Shown: positions 1 to 13,330, counted from the first letter of the stretch. The stretch: DNA of 64,000 nt from Mustelus asterias (GCF_964213995.1 NC_135802.1:118110001-118174000); one strand, 5' to 3'. A program made the numbers and translations. The notes: generated by a model not told the origin, from the letters alone.

Positions 1-609
1 ACAAGACTACCCACTAATTTCATTAGAGGAGATTTAATTTTGGGATAAATAGGATCTTTGGGAATCAAGTGCCTTTAAATCTTAATATTACCTGTATTTG
101 TTTTTAACCGTAGTTATTTTCTATATTTCTATCCCGATTCTCAAAAAGCAGTCAATTTTAATACTCCTGTGCATAATTGTTTAAACCACTATTTATCACA
201 TTATGTAAAGTTTGAAAGATAAGAGATCCTAGTTTTGAAAGCTTCCATATATGGTTAGCTGAATCTATGAGATGCCACTTAGCCTGACTATTGACCACCT
301 TACTAACTGCTCAACCCAGTTGATGAACCCAGCAACCACAAGTCAGTTCGCTTGGTGGTGGAGATGCTTTGAGAAAATAATCTGGGACAAAATTGATTGC
401 CACTTGGAAAAATATAGTTTAATAAATGAAGCTCATGTTATTCAAGTTCAGTTTTAAGTTAAGAAGTAGACTGCATCTAGCTGTGGTGCTAACCCCGAGT
501 CAAAAACCCCTATGTCCATTCAGTATCTAGGCTCACACTTGAATAAAGATTTGAACGAGGCACTGAAAGGCAGTTCTACCTTTATCTTCCCAGTAAAGAG
601 TAAGGAGAT

Positions 610-890
610 GTGGTGACATGCTGACGTCACTGGACAAGTAATCCGGAAACCCAGTGTAATGCTCTGGGAACCTGAGTTTGAATCCCACCATGGCAGGTGT
701 TGGAATTTGAATTTGATTTAAAAATCTGGAATTAAAAGTCTAATGATGATCTATGGAACCAGTGTCAATTGTCGTTAAAAACCCATCTGGTTCACTAATG
801 TCCTTTAGGAAAGGAAATCTGTCATTACCTGGTCTGGACTAAATGTGACTCCAGACCCACAACAATGTGACCCTTAGCTGCCTTTTGCAA
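610..890 (+). mobile_element. Short tRNA-headed SINE-like copy matching the 5' end of the APE-RT LINE at 52326-56324
   Basis: ctggacaagtaatccgg anticodon-like arm; gagtttgaatccc B-box-like motif; then ggttcactaatgtcctttagg...gtgactccagacccaca shared with the long copies. Confidence 0.75.
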
Positions 891-955
891 TGAATAGGTG
901 GAGATCAGAGAGGGAAAAATGATGGTACAATTATTGTTTCATATTTTCATTTCAG

Positions 956-1014
956 GTGCATTCATTCCTGGAGTGCCTGTGCAACCTGTAGTCTTGCGTT
1001 ATCCCAATAAAATG
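956..1014 (+). CDS. LPCAT1: LPCAT1 coding exon (equivalent to human exon 6), GAFIPGVPVQPVVLRYPNKM
   Basis: ttttcatttcag acceptor and gtgagt donor; 59 nt; the peptide matches the recalled LPCAT1 acyltransferase motif GAFIPGxPVQPVVLRYPNK. Confidence 0.95.
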
Positions 1015-2471
1015 GTGAGTGTTTTATAAAATATGCGAAAAGCTGAATTTTTAAATCCACATTACATTTGTCATGATTACATTCTTAGTATCTGGTTATC
1101 TAACGTAAATTGTTATATCAAATCATTGTACGATTATATTTAAATAAGGTTTTACTAACTGAAATCTGTTTTGTCTGAGTATTTTTCTGAGCCCAGAAAA
1201 TGCCGTCCTTGATTCTTGGACGAGCATTGCCTATTTCATACTGAGAATCCATTGTGTGCGTCCACTTTAAAAAATATTGTTGTACGTTGCAAAATAGATA
1301 CGTGAAACATAATGTCCTAATTCTGTGTCCTAAAAAGCCCTAGAAAATGCACTATTTTATTAGGGTTTTCCCTAACTATGGGTTCTTTGCTAATTGGACT
1401 GAATCTTTCCACAGTCTTTCTACAGAGGCAGGTGAATAGACAGATGATTAATTCAGTATGTTTAGTTTTTGCATCCTTTTTCAGGTTTCCCAGGAACCCA
1501 AAATTCTAACAGTGCCTTAAACGTCCAGAAAATATATTTCATATATATTTTCAAAGGAAGCATACAAATGAAAGAAAAGTTGGATCCTATGGTAGCCCCA
1601 ACAACCAATAGTCCTTTCATGACTAAATAGTAAAATGAAGCCATCAAAAAAACAAAGGGGGTGATTTAATGGCCCCGTTTCACACAGTTGCAAATCTCGT
1701 TATGGCCAGAAAGTCTTGAGAAAGGACCATAATGGAATTTACACCAGGAGGATCTCACTCTCACTGCTGTCCCTCCCACCCCGACAAAGACATCATCAGG
1801 ATCATGCCCAACACGGGCATGAACCTGAATACCATTCATTTAAATGTATTTAAGTATTCAAAACCAGCTTAATTTAAACAAATTCTTTAAAAAGGCACCC
1901 CGATCTCCATGCGCATCACTTGCTGGTGTCTTCAGGCTCCACCCCTCACATTGAGGGTGCAAAATACACCCCCCGCTTTAAAATGGCAAAGTGTAAGAAT
2001 ATCTGGATGGAAATCCTGTTTCTTTGGGCAGTAACACACTGGTCTTCAGGACCTACACTTTTGCCATTTTTTGGGAAAATTCCACCCGAAGTATCACCAT
2101 ACAAGAGGAAAGGCTAAATTGGAATTTTACATTGGTTTGATCATGCAAGAGATCCTTGAGCATCAAAACAAAATAACAATCTTCATAAATGAGTAAGCAA
2201 CACCTGCCACCGTTCTTAAAAATATGAAAAATACAATTGTTCACAATTTTTGCTTAAGATTCTTTTTGCCTAAACCAGGTACACCATTTCCTACATTTTC
2301 CTTGGGTTCATGAATCACACCTGTAAAACCTTGTTCCCTACAATATTCAGAACAAAATCAATAAACTTAATCATTCCAGCTAAGCCCCGATCATACTAAG
2401 ATTGTCAGCCAGAGTAGACAAACCTCAGTGAAATAGAGTGAGAACACAATCAAGAAGGAACTCGGAACTTG

Positions 2472-2877
2472 AGTATTGCTGAAAAAAGGCACTTTGTTGA
2501 AGCTTTTTATTATGTACTCATCAGGGCGATAGCAACAATACCAATGTTAGAGAAGACAACAACTTTATACTGTATGAGAAGAGAGTGCTGAGTCGTTGGC
2601 AAGTGGATACTGAATTGAGAGTCCGAGAGAATGCACCAAATAATGATGACTGACAGTTAACTGCCAAACATTGTTTGAAAATTTTAAACCAGGCAGTTTG
2701 ATTCTGGTCACAGCATTGCCCTGAGGAGTAAAAAAGAGTCAACTCCCACTTCCCAACCAATCAGCACACTCTTCTCATTCCGTATAAAGTTGTTTCCCCA
2801 GCAATGGTATTCTTGTGATCATTCTGATGAATGCAAGATGAAAAACTTTGTCAAAATGTCTTTTTTTCAGCAATACT
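2472..2877. mobile_element. Non-autonomous element with ~135 bp inverted arms, each with a hammerhead-like motif (Penelope pLTR-like)
   Basis: 2472-2606 is the diverged reverse complement of 2746-2877; CTGATGA at 2824 (+) and 2518-2524 (-). Confidence 0.7.
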
Positions 2878-2960
2878 AAAGACATTTCTATTTGGTCCTT
2901 CACAAACAATCAAAGGGATTCTGATTGCTTTACTTACCTTAAAACAGGGGCTCAAGACAG

Positions 2961-3278
2961 AGTGGCATAGTGGCACAGTAGTTAGCACTGCTGCCTCACA
3001 GCGCCAGGGACCTGGGTTCGATTCCCGGCATGGGACACTGTCTGTGTGGAGTTTGCACATTCTCCCTGTGTCTGTGTGTGTGTGTTCTGGGTGCTCCGGT
3101 TCCCTCCCACAGTGCAAAGATGTGCGGGTTAGGTGGATTGGCCATGATAAATTGCCCCTTAGTGCCAGGGGGACACGCTAGGGTAAATGCATGGCGTAAT
3201 GGGAATAGGGCCGGGTGGGATTGTGGTCGGTGCAGACTCGATGGGCCGAATGGCCTCCTCCTGCATTCTATGATTCTA
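2961..3278 (+). mobile_element. HE1-type V-SINE with CR1-like tail
   Basis: tRNA head (tggcacagtagttagc, ggttcgattcc), V-domain tgtggagtttgcacattctcc, tail gatgggccgaatggcctc...ttctatgattct. Confidence 0.9.
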
Positions 3279-4019
3279 TACATTATCACAGAATATCCCC
3301 ACAATGTGCCAGACCTATAAGTTGCTTTTTGCCATATTGCCACACAAGAATCCCAATAGAGGTTCCTTGCCTTCTGTTTCAAACAAATTGTTCTCCTATT
3401 GCTTTTCCTTGGCACTTAAGGTTTTTAACTGTGTATTTGAATAATCACAATAAACAGCAGAATGCTGTGACTCCCATCTGTACATGAAGAGATATTATTT
3501 TCAAGTTCTAAGTTTGTTATTATACACGTCAAACTTTGGAGCATCATAAGACATGAAGTTCTAGGTTTTCCTTTTGTAAAATATTTTTTCAGCACAAGAA
3601 GCCATGCAATCAGTCACTTAGTCTCATTAGTCCCTTCCCCCTTATCTAAGCACTTATTTTTCTTATTTATTTCCCTTTAAAAAGCTGTATTGAATTTTGT
3701 TGTTTACTGTTTCTTGTAAAACATTCCATCTTCCAACAACTTCTTCCACATATATGTAAAAAGAAAATCCCATAATTTCTCCCTTTGTTGCTTTGATCAT
3801 GATAAATATGAACCACCTAGTTGTAAAAGCACTGATCAATGAAAATAAATTTCTCCTGTTTTATCAAAACTCCTTATAGTTACCAATCCATCAGATCTCT
3901 TCATAACCTTACATTCCGGTGGAGAAAAAGCTTCAACCTTGGTATTATCTTGGTAAATCTAATCTGCTTAAAGTTCACATTCTTCCCAAAACTAGACACC
4001 AATTTGATTTCAACTTTAC

Positions 4020-4502
4020 CTTAGGATCGCCGCTTCAGCCAACGCCCAATTGCAGAATGCACAGTTCCCCCCACCACAGGGCCCCTCTTGGCACTGCCAA
4101 GGTGCCAGGGTGCCTGGTGGGCAGTGTGCCAGTACTGCCAGGGGCACTGTTTCTTTTCCCCCACCCCCACCCCAACCCCTCAGGGGGCCTCAATGGCCTT
4201 CAGTCCCACCAATGAAGCCATGATGTCAGGTCCTTGTTGGTGGGGACCACACATGATCCTCGCCGATGAGGACGTCCACCAGCGAGGCCGTTAAGTCAAG
4301 TGAGCCTAGACGATTCTGTCCTGGGTGCTCCAATCGCATCAAAATAAATACTTAAATATTTAAATCAGCCTTGCGCCCACAGTGCAGGGCCAGTAAGATC
4401 GCAAGTGGCAGGAAACCAGGCACGAACCCGGTTTTTCACCTCTCTCACTAACGTACCTGCTCGCCACGCTGATCAGCATGACAAGCCGGTAAGGTTGCCC
4501 CC
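4020..4502. repeat. Unclassified GC-richer interspersed repeat, possibly a MITE-like DNA transposon remnant; related pieces near 1657-1900 and 21300-21900
   Basis: Shared terminal-like motif ggtaaggttgcccc / ggtaagatcacgtcc and atttaaat-rich core. Confidence 0.35.
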
Positions 4503-5839
4503 TATAAGTTTAGCACAGCTTCAACCATTAATTATTAATCAATTATTTTTGATTTTGAAATCTGTCAGAGCATCCCACGGAATTATCCAAGTGTTTTTTA
4601 CTTTTGGACCAATAAGTTGACGGTCCATTGAATACATCGCCATATAAGTCAGAATTATAACCTTATTTTAACTGTATTTGGATATATGAAGAGTTCTTGT
4701 ATTTGTCTAGACAGAGCAGTTAAGGCAGCCTTCACAGACTTCCCCCTTGATTTAAATTCATACCAAAGGTAGATAGTTTTGAGAGTTGAGATTATACAGT
4801 TACCTCCTGCTTCTAAGTGTGTTCTACTTTAGTACTTTCCCAAGATGTGGAAAAAGGTTAAAAATGCATTAGTTATAAGATTTTCTTTTGTTGATTGACG
4901 TGCATCCTTTTGCACCCTAAGATTATCTATGCAATCTTGCAAGGGTTTAGTTGGGGAGTGAAATAAGTGGTTAGTTTTTAACTTCAAATTAAAATAGACT
5001 ATTTCTAAAATCCTGCTGTTTCACAGGAGTCCACATGAATGCCATCTGTTGGCATAGACTTGTAGCTGAACTTATTCCATATGTGGCTTCCACTGAACAA
5101 GCTAGGTTATATTCCTGTGAGGGATGTATCTTATTCGAAAGATGAAAAATCTTCTGTTTATCTAAATCTGCTTTCCAGTTCGAGGATAGTTATCATCAAT
5201 TAAATGGAAAACTCAAGTCAAAAACTATTTTGACGAAAATAGGGAAAAAGAGGAATATGAGTGACTAAGTCATGAATAGGCTATTGCAGCCTTGTCTTTC
5301 CTTCATTGTTTGCTATTTCACCGTTACTTAACTTTTCAGAACGGTATTATTTTGACATGTCACATTCTAGTATTGCGCTCTCTTTTTTCTTCATACCTTG
5401 GTTTCTTAATGAAGTTGAAATGAAATGTATCATGTTTCATGGACCCCTGCTTTGCTGGCTTTTTATGCTGAGTGAGGTTTTTCATGATCATTTAGTAATT
5501 GACTGATTAGATATGTTACATTAAACATTTTATTTATAAATATGACCACAGGTAAAGAGAGACCTAGGGTGATCTGATTTAAAGAAAAAGTCATCCAAGC
5601 CAATTTTATGTTCCTTTTAAAGAGTAGAACTTCCTTTTAATTTGCTTGTAACTTGAGGACCATTTTGACTATCATGTCTGTTATAGTTTATCTTTTGTAT
5701 GGTGTCCTGTACACCTTGGTGAGTAACGTCCTATTGTTTGAGTTTGCGGACCAGAATAAACCATTATTTTACTCGTCAAATTGATGACAGTATTAAATGT
5801 TCCTAAATTTCCTTATTGAGGTCATTAACTTTACACCTT

Positions 5840-8690
5840 GGTTCAGTAATGTCCTTTAGAGAAAGCAAACTGCCACTCTTTCTTAGACTGGCCTACGTGT
5901 AACTCCAGACCCACAGCAATGTGGTTAACTCTTAGATGCCTTCTGAAATGACCCAGCAAGCCACTCGGGTGCATAAAACCATTACAAAGTCTGCAACAAA
6001 AAAAAAAACTGGATGGGCACCCTACATCAACCTAGGTGCTGGAAATGACAATGACACATCTAGCTCTGTCTACCCTGCAAAGTCCTCTTTTCTAACATAG
6101 AATCATAGAATCCTAGAGTGCAGAAGGAGGCCATTCAGCCCATCGAGTCTGCATTGACAATAATCCCATGCATGTGCCCCAGCTAGTCTCCCTGATACTA
6201 AAGGGCAATTTAGCATGGCCAATCCACCTAACCCGCACATCTGGGCGCTTATGCCAAAACTGGGAAAGATGTCCCACATACTAGTGAAGCAACAGCCCGA
6301 CATTGTCATACTTACAGAATTAATACCTTACAGATAATGTCCCGTGCACCATCATACCTGGATATATCCTGTCCCACCGACAATATTGATTTCGGATCCC
6401 ATTAAGGCTCATGCCATGAGGTTCAATTTGTCCAAGGAAACCTACTGCTGCTTGCCACCTACTGTCCCCCTCAACTGATGAGTGAGTACTTCTCCACATT
6501 GAACACCATTTGGAAGAAGCGTTGGGGGGGTGGCAAGGACACAGCGTGTACTCTGAGTGGGGCCTTCAACAAAAGTAGTTCGGCAGCACCACTGACTGAA
6601 CTGGCCAAGCCCTAAAGGACTGCTAGAGGTTGGAAATTGGTGGGGGAAATAACAAGAGGGAAAAACATACTTGACCTCATCCTCGCCAATCTACCTGTCA
6701 CACATGCATCTGTCCAAGACGATGTTGGTAGGAGTGACTACCACATAGTCTGGGGAGACAAAGCCCATTTTCACATTGAGGACATCTTCCATCATGCTAA
6801 ATGTGATGGATTTCAAACAGATCTAGCAACTCAAAACTGGGGCATCCATGAGGTTCTGTCAGCCATCATCTGCAGTAGCAGCAGAATTATATGCAACCAC
6901 AATCTGTAACCTCATGGCCTGTCATATCCCCACTCTACCATTCCCATCAAACCTGGTTCATTAAAAGGTGCAGGGGAGCATGACAGGAACAGTACCAGGC
7001 ATACCCAGATGAGGTGTTAATCTAGTGAAGTTACAAGGCAGCACTACTTGCATGCCAAACAACAAAGGCAGCAGGCAAACGACAGAGCTAACAATCCAAA
7101 AGCCAACAGATTAGGTCCAAGCACTGCAGCCCTGTCACATTCAGTCATCAATAGTGGTGCACACTAAAAGAACTAACTGGAAGCACAAACCTAGAAATGC
7201 AGTGACAGATCTGACCTGACCAATTATTGCCCCTTCACTTCTCTCTCAAGCATCAGCAAAGTAATAAAGTCTCATCGTAAGTGCTATCAAAAGGCATCTA
7301 CTCAGCATTAACCTGTTCACTGACCCCTAACCTGGGTTCCACTAGTGCCAGTCAGCTCCTAACTTCATTATACCCTTGGTCCAGACATGGACAAAGAGCT
7401 GTACTCGAGGTGAGTGACTGTCCTTGACATCAAGGCAGCATTTGGCTGTGTGTGGCAAGGAGCTCTTGCAAAACTGAAATCAATGGGAATCGAGTGAAGC
7501 TCTCCACTGTTTGGAGTTCATAGAATCGTAGAATCCCTACAGTGCAGAAGGAGACCATTTGGCCTATCGAGTTAAGACCAACAACAATCCCACCCAGGCC
7601 CTATCCCTGTAACCCCACATATTTATCCTGTTAATCCCCTGACAGTAAGGGGCAATTTAGCATGGCCAATCAACCTAACACACATACCTTTGGAGTTGCA
7701 CAAAGGAAAATGGTTGTTGGAGGTCAATCATCTCAGTCCTTGGACATCGCTGTGTGAGTTCCTCAGGATACTGTCTGCGGCCCAGCCATCTTCAGCTGTT
7801 TCATCAGTGACCTTTCCTCCATAAGATCAGAAGTGGGGATGTTTGCAGATGATTGTACAATGTTAACCATTTGCCACGCCTCAGCTTCTGAAAGTCTGTG
7901 CCGTATGCAGCAAGACCTAACAGCATAGATACTTGGACTTGTAATGGTAGATAACATTCATGCCACGCAAGTGCCAGGCAATTGCCATCTCCAGCAAGAG
8001 AGAATCGAAGCATCTTTCCTTGGCATTCAATGACATTGCTATCACTGAATCCCCCATTATCAACATTCTGAGGATTACCATTGACCAGAAACTTACTGGA
8101 CCAGCCTTATAAATACTGGGCTACAAGAGTAGGTCAGAGTCTGGAATTCTGCTGCGAGTAATTCATCTCTTGACTCCCCAAAGCCTGTCTACCATCTACA
8201 AGATACAAGTCAAGAGTGTGATGGAGTACTCTCCACTTGCTCAGATGAATACAGCTCCAATAACACTCAAGAAGCACAACATCATCCAGGGCAAAGCAGC
8301 CTGCTTCATTGGCACCCCATCTGTCCCTATCACTATTCACTCCCTGTGCAACCAACACACAGTGGCAGATGTGTTTACCAGCTATAAGATGCACTGCAGC
8401 AGCTTTCCATGGCTCGTTCAGCAGCACCTTCCAGACCCATGACCCCTACCACCTGGAAGGACAATGTCTGAACACCATCAACTGCAATTTCCTCTTCAAA
8501 CCACACGTCATCCTGATTTAGAACTATGTCACTGTTCCTTCACTGTCACTGGGTCAAAATCCTGGAATTCCCTAACAGCACTGTGGGTGTTCCTACAACA
8601 CATCGACTACAATGGTTCACGAAGGCAGTTTACCACCATCATCTGGAGGGCAATTAGCGATGGGTAATAAATACTGGCCGAACCAACAAC
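5840..8690 (+). mobile_element. Decayed APE-RT LINE (CR1-group-like, tRNA-head family), interrupted by SINE 3' fragments at ~6097-6240 and ~7518-7695 (-)
   Basis: APE motifs (PDIVILTE, NILDLILANL, GRSDYH), RT gtttgcagatgattgt (FADD), STIYKIQVKSVMEYS, 3' end gggcaattagcgatgggtaataaat. Confidence 0.85.
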
Positions 8691-9539
8691 GAACAGAAAA
8701 AATGTCGTGCTCTATTTAAATCAAGTGAATGGATGTTTTATGAAGAAATTCAAAGTTAAATCATTTTGCAGGAACACAGCCACAAATCCTTTTCTAATCC
8801 AAGAAAATATTTAGAGTTGTTTAATATGTTATATAGCCATAAAATAATCTCCAGTTCATCTTGTAAACATTTGGCTTGTGCTGGTGATTTTTTTTTTAAA
8901 CAAATGTTGCAATGCTGTGCATCATACCAGCTGGACTTTAATATCTGGCTGTTTCATTGATCAAGAATTGTTTTAAGCTGATGAATAATAGCATGCATTA
9001 AACCAAGGCAGCTAAGCGGATTGAAATTTCTTGACTTTTGCTGTTGAATCTACTAAAATTACCCCGGCTGAAATCAAATCTGTGGAATGTAGATATCAAG
9101 CTTTGAAATACCTTGCAGTGCACTGTGGCTATTTTGGATCATTCTTGACTGTCGTATAGCTCCTAGCTTCCTCCATCCTAAGGATTGGATTTTACATATA
9201 TTACTGCAAAAAATATGCATCTGTTTTCTTAAAGTTATAGGTAATTCTGATAACTAAGTGAATTTCTATAGTAACATTTGCAACCATATAATTGCTGCTT
9301 TCGTCTGAAAATTAAACTAATTTAGCTGCCAGTGAGTTTTGAAAAGTGTGATTCTCGCTGGCACGGTGGTGTTTGCAATTTTGGACCAGGCCTACTGATG
9401 CGGTGAATATGCCAGTGATGCAGAACATGCACGGAAAGCCAGGAAGCTCATCTTAATACATTAGCATCTCATATAGAGCTTTACTTGCATCATAAGGGTC
9501 AGAAATGGGAACAGTCTGCTGACAGCATTCCATTCGTAT

Positions 9540-9980
9540 AATGAAGTCCTTGCCTGAATGCAGCAAGACTCGGCAAGCATTCAGGCTTGGGCTGATTGAC
9601 AAGTAACATAAAGCCACTGCCACCTATTGACATTCAACAACAAATCCTCCGCCACTGACACATCATGGCCACAATGTGTAGGCATACGGCAAGCAGAGTG
9701 CAGTTACTTGCCAAGGCTGCTTCAACAGCGCCTCTCAAATCCATTTTGTTACTTAGAAGGAAAAGGGCAGCAGGTGCATGAAAACTCCACCATGTTTAAA
9801 TTCCCTCTAGGTTACACGCTACCCTGTCTTGAAAATATGTCACTGTTCCTTCATCATCACTGGCCATATTCATACCGATTAGGATTTTGAGAGTACTTTC
9901 ACCATGTGGATTGCAGCGGTTAAAGAAGGTAGCTTACTATTACCTTCTCGAGGGTAAATAGGGATGGCAAATTTCCCAAC
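9540..9980 (+). mobile_element. 3' remnant of the same APE-RT LINE family
   Basis: aagaaggtagcttactattaccttctcgagggtaaatagggatggc tail. Confidence 0.65.
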
Positions 9981-10199
9981 TCCTAAATGAAGCAAAAAGG
10001 TATGAGTAAAGCTCTGTTAGACCACATAAGTATTGCATTAAGCTCTGGGAAGTACCTTTTGGGAAGAATATATTGGCCTTGGAGGGAGCGACAGGTGGGA
10101 ATGTGGAGTTGAGATTGCAAACAGATCAGCCATGATCTTAATGAATGGCAGAGCAGGCTCAAGGGATTGAGTGGCATACTCCTGCGAAGTTGTGTGTTC

Positions 10200-10788
10200 T
10201 TATCTACTGTCTCCATCACAGGTTGTGTACCTTTGCCACTGACCACCTTCTCTATTGTGTCATAGTCTAAAGCAAATTAGTTGCAATCTTGGTGCTGTTG
10301 GACCTCAAGATGAGCTTCTAATCTTATGCCATCTTTGTCACAAAGACAGCCTACTTCCCCATCACACCTGCCATCTCTTCTATATCAACCAACATGCCAG
10401 TAAAACTCTAATTTGCGCTTTTGTCATCTCTGAACTCCATCGCTCCAATGCAACCAAGCTAGCCTGCCAGCCAGCCTCTAAATGTCAGTGCACCTGAATC
10501 TCCTCTGCCCCATTTTCATTCTGCACCAGATTCTGCTGACCTCAAATCCTTTTTTTCTCAGATCTAGGTTGGTTGCCAGTCCTTAAGACTTAAAATTTTA
10601 ATTTTTCCATGACCTTGGCCCTCTCTATCTCTGGTAATCTCCTCCAGTCTTATAGCCCTCCTTTCTCAAGCACTCTTTTCCACTAATCCAGCTGCCTGAA
10701 CAGTTCCTTCACCTTGTCACTGACAGCAATCCATCCAGCCACCTACATCCTATTCCCTAGAATATCCTATTCTAATTCCCTGCTTTCT
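10200..10788 (+). mobile_element. Old L2-type LINE remnant, split by the CR1 insertion and resuming at ~12476-12570
   Basis: Pyrimidine-rich decayed L2 3' sequence similar to 12920-13330. Confidence 0.5.
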
Positions 10789-12467
10789 CATCCTTTGTAT
10801 TCACAAAGGAGAGGGATGTGTTGACTGGGAGTGTCTCAGAGGGGAGTGTTGAACCGTTGGAGAAAATCTCCATTACAAAGGAGGAAGTGTTAGGTTTGTT
10901 AGAGAATTTAAAGACTGACAAATCCCCAGGGCCTGATGGAATCTATCCAAGGCTGCTCAGGGAGATGAGAGATGAAATCGCTGGGCCTCTGACGCAAATC
11001 TTTGTCTCGCCACTGGACGCAGGTGAGGTCCCAGAGGATTGAAGGATAGCTAATGTGGTCCCGTTATTTAAGAAGGGTAGGAAGGATAACCCGGGTAATT
11101 ATAGGCCGGTGAGCTTGACGTCCGTGGTGGGGAAGTTGTTGGAGAAGATTCTTAGAGATAGGATGTATGCGCATTTAGAAAGGAATAAACTCATTAACGA
11201 TAGTCAGCATGGTTTTGTGAGAGGGAAGTCATGCCTCACTAACCTGGTGGAGTTTTTTGAAGTGACCAAAATGGTTGACGAGGGAAGGGCCGTGGATGTC
11301 GTCTATATGGACTTTAGTAAAGCGTTTGACAAAGTCCCTCATGGTAGGCTGGTGAAAAAGGTTGGAGCTCTTGGGATAAAGGGGGAGGTGGCTAGATGGG
11401 TGGAGATCTGGCTTGGTCACAGAAGACAGAGGGTGGTAGTGGAAGGGTCTTTTTCTGGCTGGAGGCCTGTGACTAGTGGCGTTCCGCAGGGCTCTGTATT
11501 GGGACCTCTGCTGTTTGTGATTTATATAAATGATCTGGAAGAAGGTGTAACTGGGGTGATCAGTAAGTTTGCGGACGACACAAAATTGGCAGGACTTGCA
11601 GATAGTGAGGAGCATTGTCAGAAGCTACAGAAGGATATAGATAGGCTGGAAATTTGGGCAAAGAAATGGCAGATGGAGTTCAATCCTGATAAATGCGAAG
11701 TGATGCATTTTGGTAGAAATAATGTAGGGAGGAGCTATATGATAAATGGCAGAACCATAAAGGGTGTAGATACGCAGAGGGACCTGGGTGTGCAAGTCCA
11801 CAGATCCTTGAAAGTGACGTCACAGGTGGAGAAGGTGGTGAAGAAGGCATATGGCATGCTTGCCTTTATAGGACGGGGCATAGAGTATAAAAGTTGGGGT
11901 CTGATGTTGCAGATGTATAGAACGTTGGTTCGGCCGCATCTGGAATACTGCGTCCAGTTCTGGTCGCCACACTACCAGAAGGACGTGGAGGCTTTGGAGA
12001 GAGTACAGAGGAGGTTTACCAGGATGTTACCTGGTATGGAGGGGCTTAGTTATGAGGAGAGATTGGGTAAACTGGGGTTGTTCTCACTGGAAAGACGGAG
12101 GATGAGGGGAGACTTAATAGAGGTGTATAAAATTATGAAAGGCATAGATAGGGTGAACGGTGGGAAGCTTTTCCCCAGGTCGGTGGTGACGTTCACAAGG
12201 TGTCATAGGTTCAAGGTGAAGGGGGGGAGGTTTAACACGGATATCAGATGGACATATTTTACACAGAGGGTGGTGGGGGCCTGGAATGCGCTGCCAGGCA
12301 TGGTGGTGGAGGCGGACACACTGGGAACGTTTAAGACTTATCTAGACAGCCATATGAACGGAGTGGGAATGGAGGGATACAAAAGAATGGTCTAGTTTGG
12401 ACCAGGGAGCGGCGCAGGCTTGGAGGGCCGAAGGGCCTGTTCCTGTGCTGTATTGTTCTTTGTTCTT
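10789..12467 (+). mobile_element. Young 5'-truncated CR1 (HER1-like) LINE with a nearly intact RT ORF (11055-12395)
   Basis: [44 protein letters not shown]; (TTGTTCT)n tail; tgctttct on both flanks. Confidence 0.95.
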
Positions 12468-12814
12468 TGCTTTCTGTTCCCTCAAAACTAACTTTGGTTA
12501 GACTTTCTTAACTCAAGTACCTTGGGACATTTTTGATGTTTATGGTACTACACAAGTGTAAGTTATTAATTTAAAACATTTTATTACTACTTTCATTGTT
12601 AACACATGTTTATATGACACATTTACCTACCCCTAGTTAGAGGTAAGAAGCACATGAAAAGAGAAAGGGCTCTTTTGGTTTGTCAAGGTCAATCGATATG
12701 CTGAGCAATTTAATTGTTCTTGTGCAGTCTTGGCTGGCCTCCCAAAGTCTACCCTCTGTAAACGTGAGATCGTCCAAAACTCTGCTGCCTATGTCCTCGC
12801 ACCAAGTCCCATTT

Positions 12815-12915
12815 CCTATGTTGCAAGAATGAATACATTTCAAAAGTACTTCATTGGCTTTAAAGCACTTTGAAATGTCCAGTGGTCATGAAAGAGGCTT
12901 TATAATTGTACGCCC
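12815..12915 (+). mobile_element. DeuSINE (SacSINE1/AmnSINE1-like) 3' fragment
   Basis: ttcaaaagtacttcattggctttaaagcactttg matches the recalled Deu-domain end. Confidence 0.6.
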
Positions 12916-12919
12916 TTTT

Positions 12920-13330
12920 TCATCCTTGTGTCCACTGATTTACGTTGGCTCCTAGTCGAGCAGCACCTTGAATTTAAAATCTTTATCCTTGTACCTCCCT
13001 ACCTCTAATTGCCTTAGTCTTTCAATCCTCCTAGAATCTGCACTTATCTCACTCTGGCCTCTTGAGTTTCCCTGATTTTAATTGGTCCAGTATTGGTGGC
13101 CATACCTTCAGCTGCCTAGGCCCAAAGCTCTCGAATTCTCTTCCTAAACTGCTCCAGTTCTCTACCTCAGTTAAGATGTTCCTTAAACTCTTTAATCAAG
13201 CTTTTGGCAATCTGGACTAATATCTCCTTGTGTGGCTCAACATCTAATTTTCCTTTATAATACTCCTGTGAAGAACCTTCAGATGATTCATTACACCAAA
13301 GACACTATGTAAAATATAAAGTATATAAAT
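12920..13330 (+). mobile_element. L2-type LINE 3' end
   Basis: ccttcagctgcctaggcccaaagctctcgaattc...ctcctgtgaagaacc...aaagacactatgtaaa. Confidence 0.65.

Noticed and set aside
2831-3487. Cluster of overlapping 90-140 aa ORFs (and similar ones at every SINE)
   Set aside because: They are translations of the HE1 SINE (recurrent VSTAASQ/SLHIL peptides), not genes.
11055-12395. 446-aa reverse transcriptase ORF as a domesticated gene or prokaryotic RT system
   Set aside because: It is a typical 5'-truncated CR1 ORF2 with an upstream stop and a CR1 3' tail, inside a vertebrate intron.
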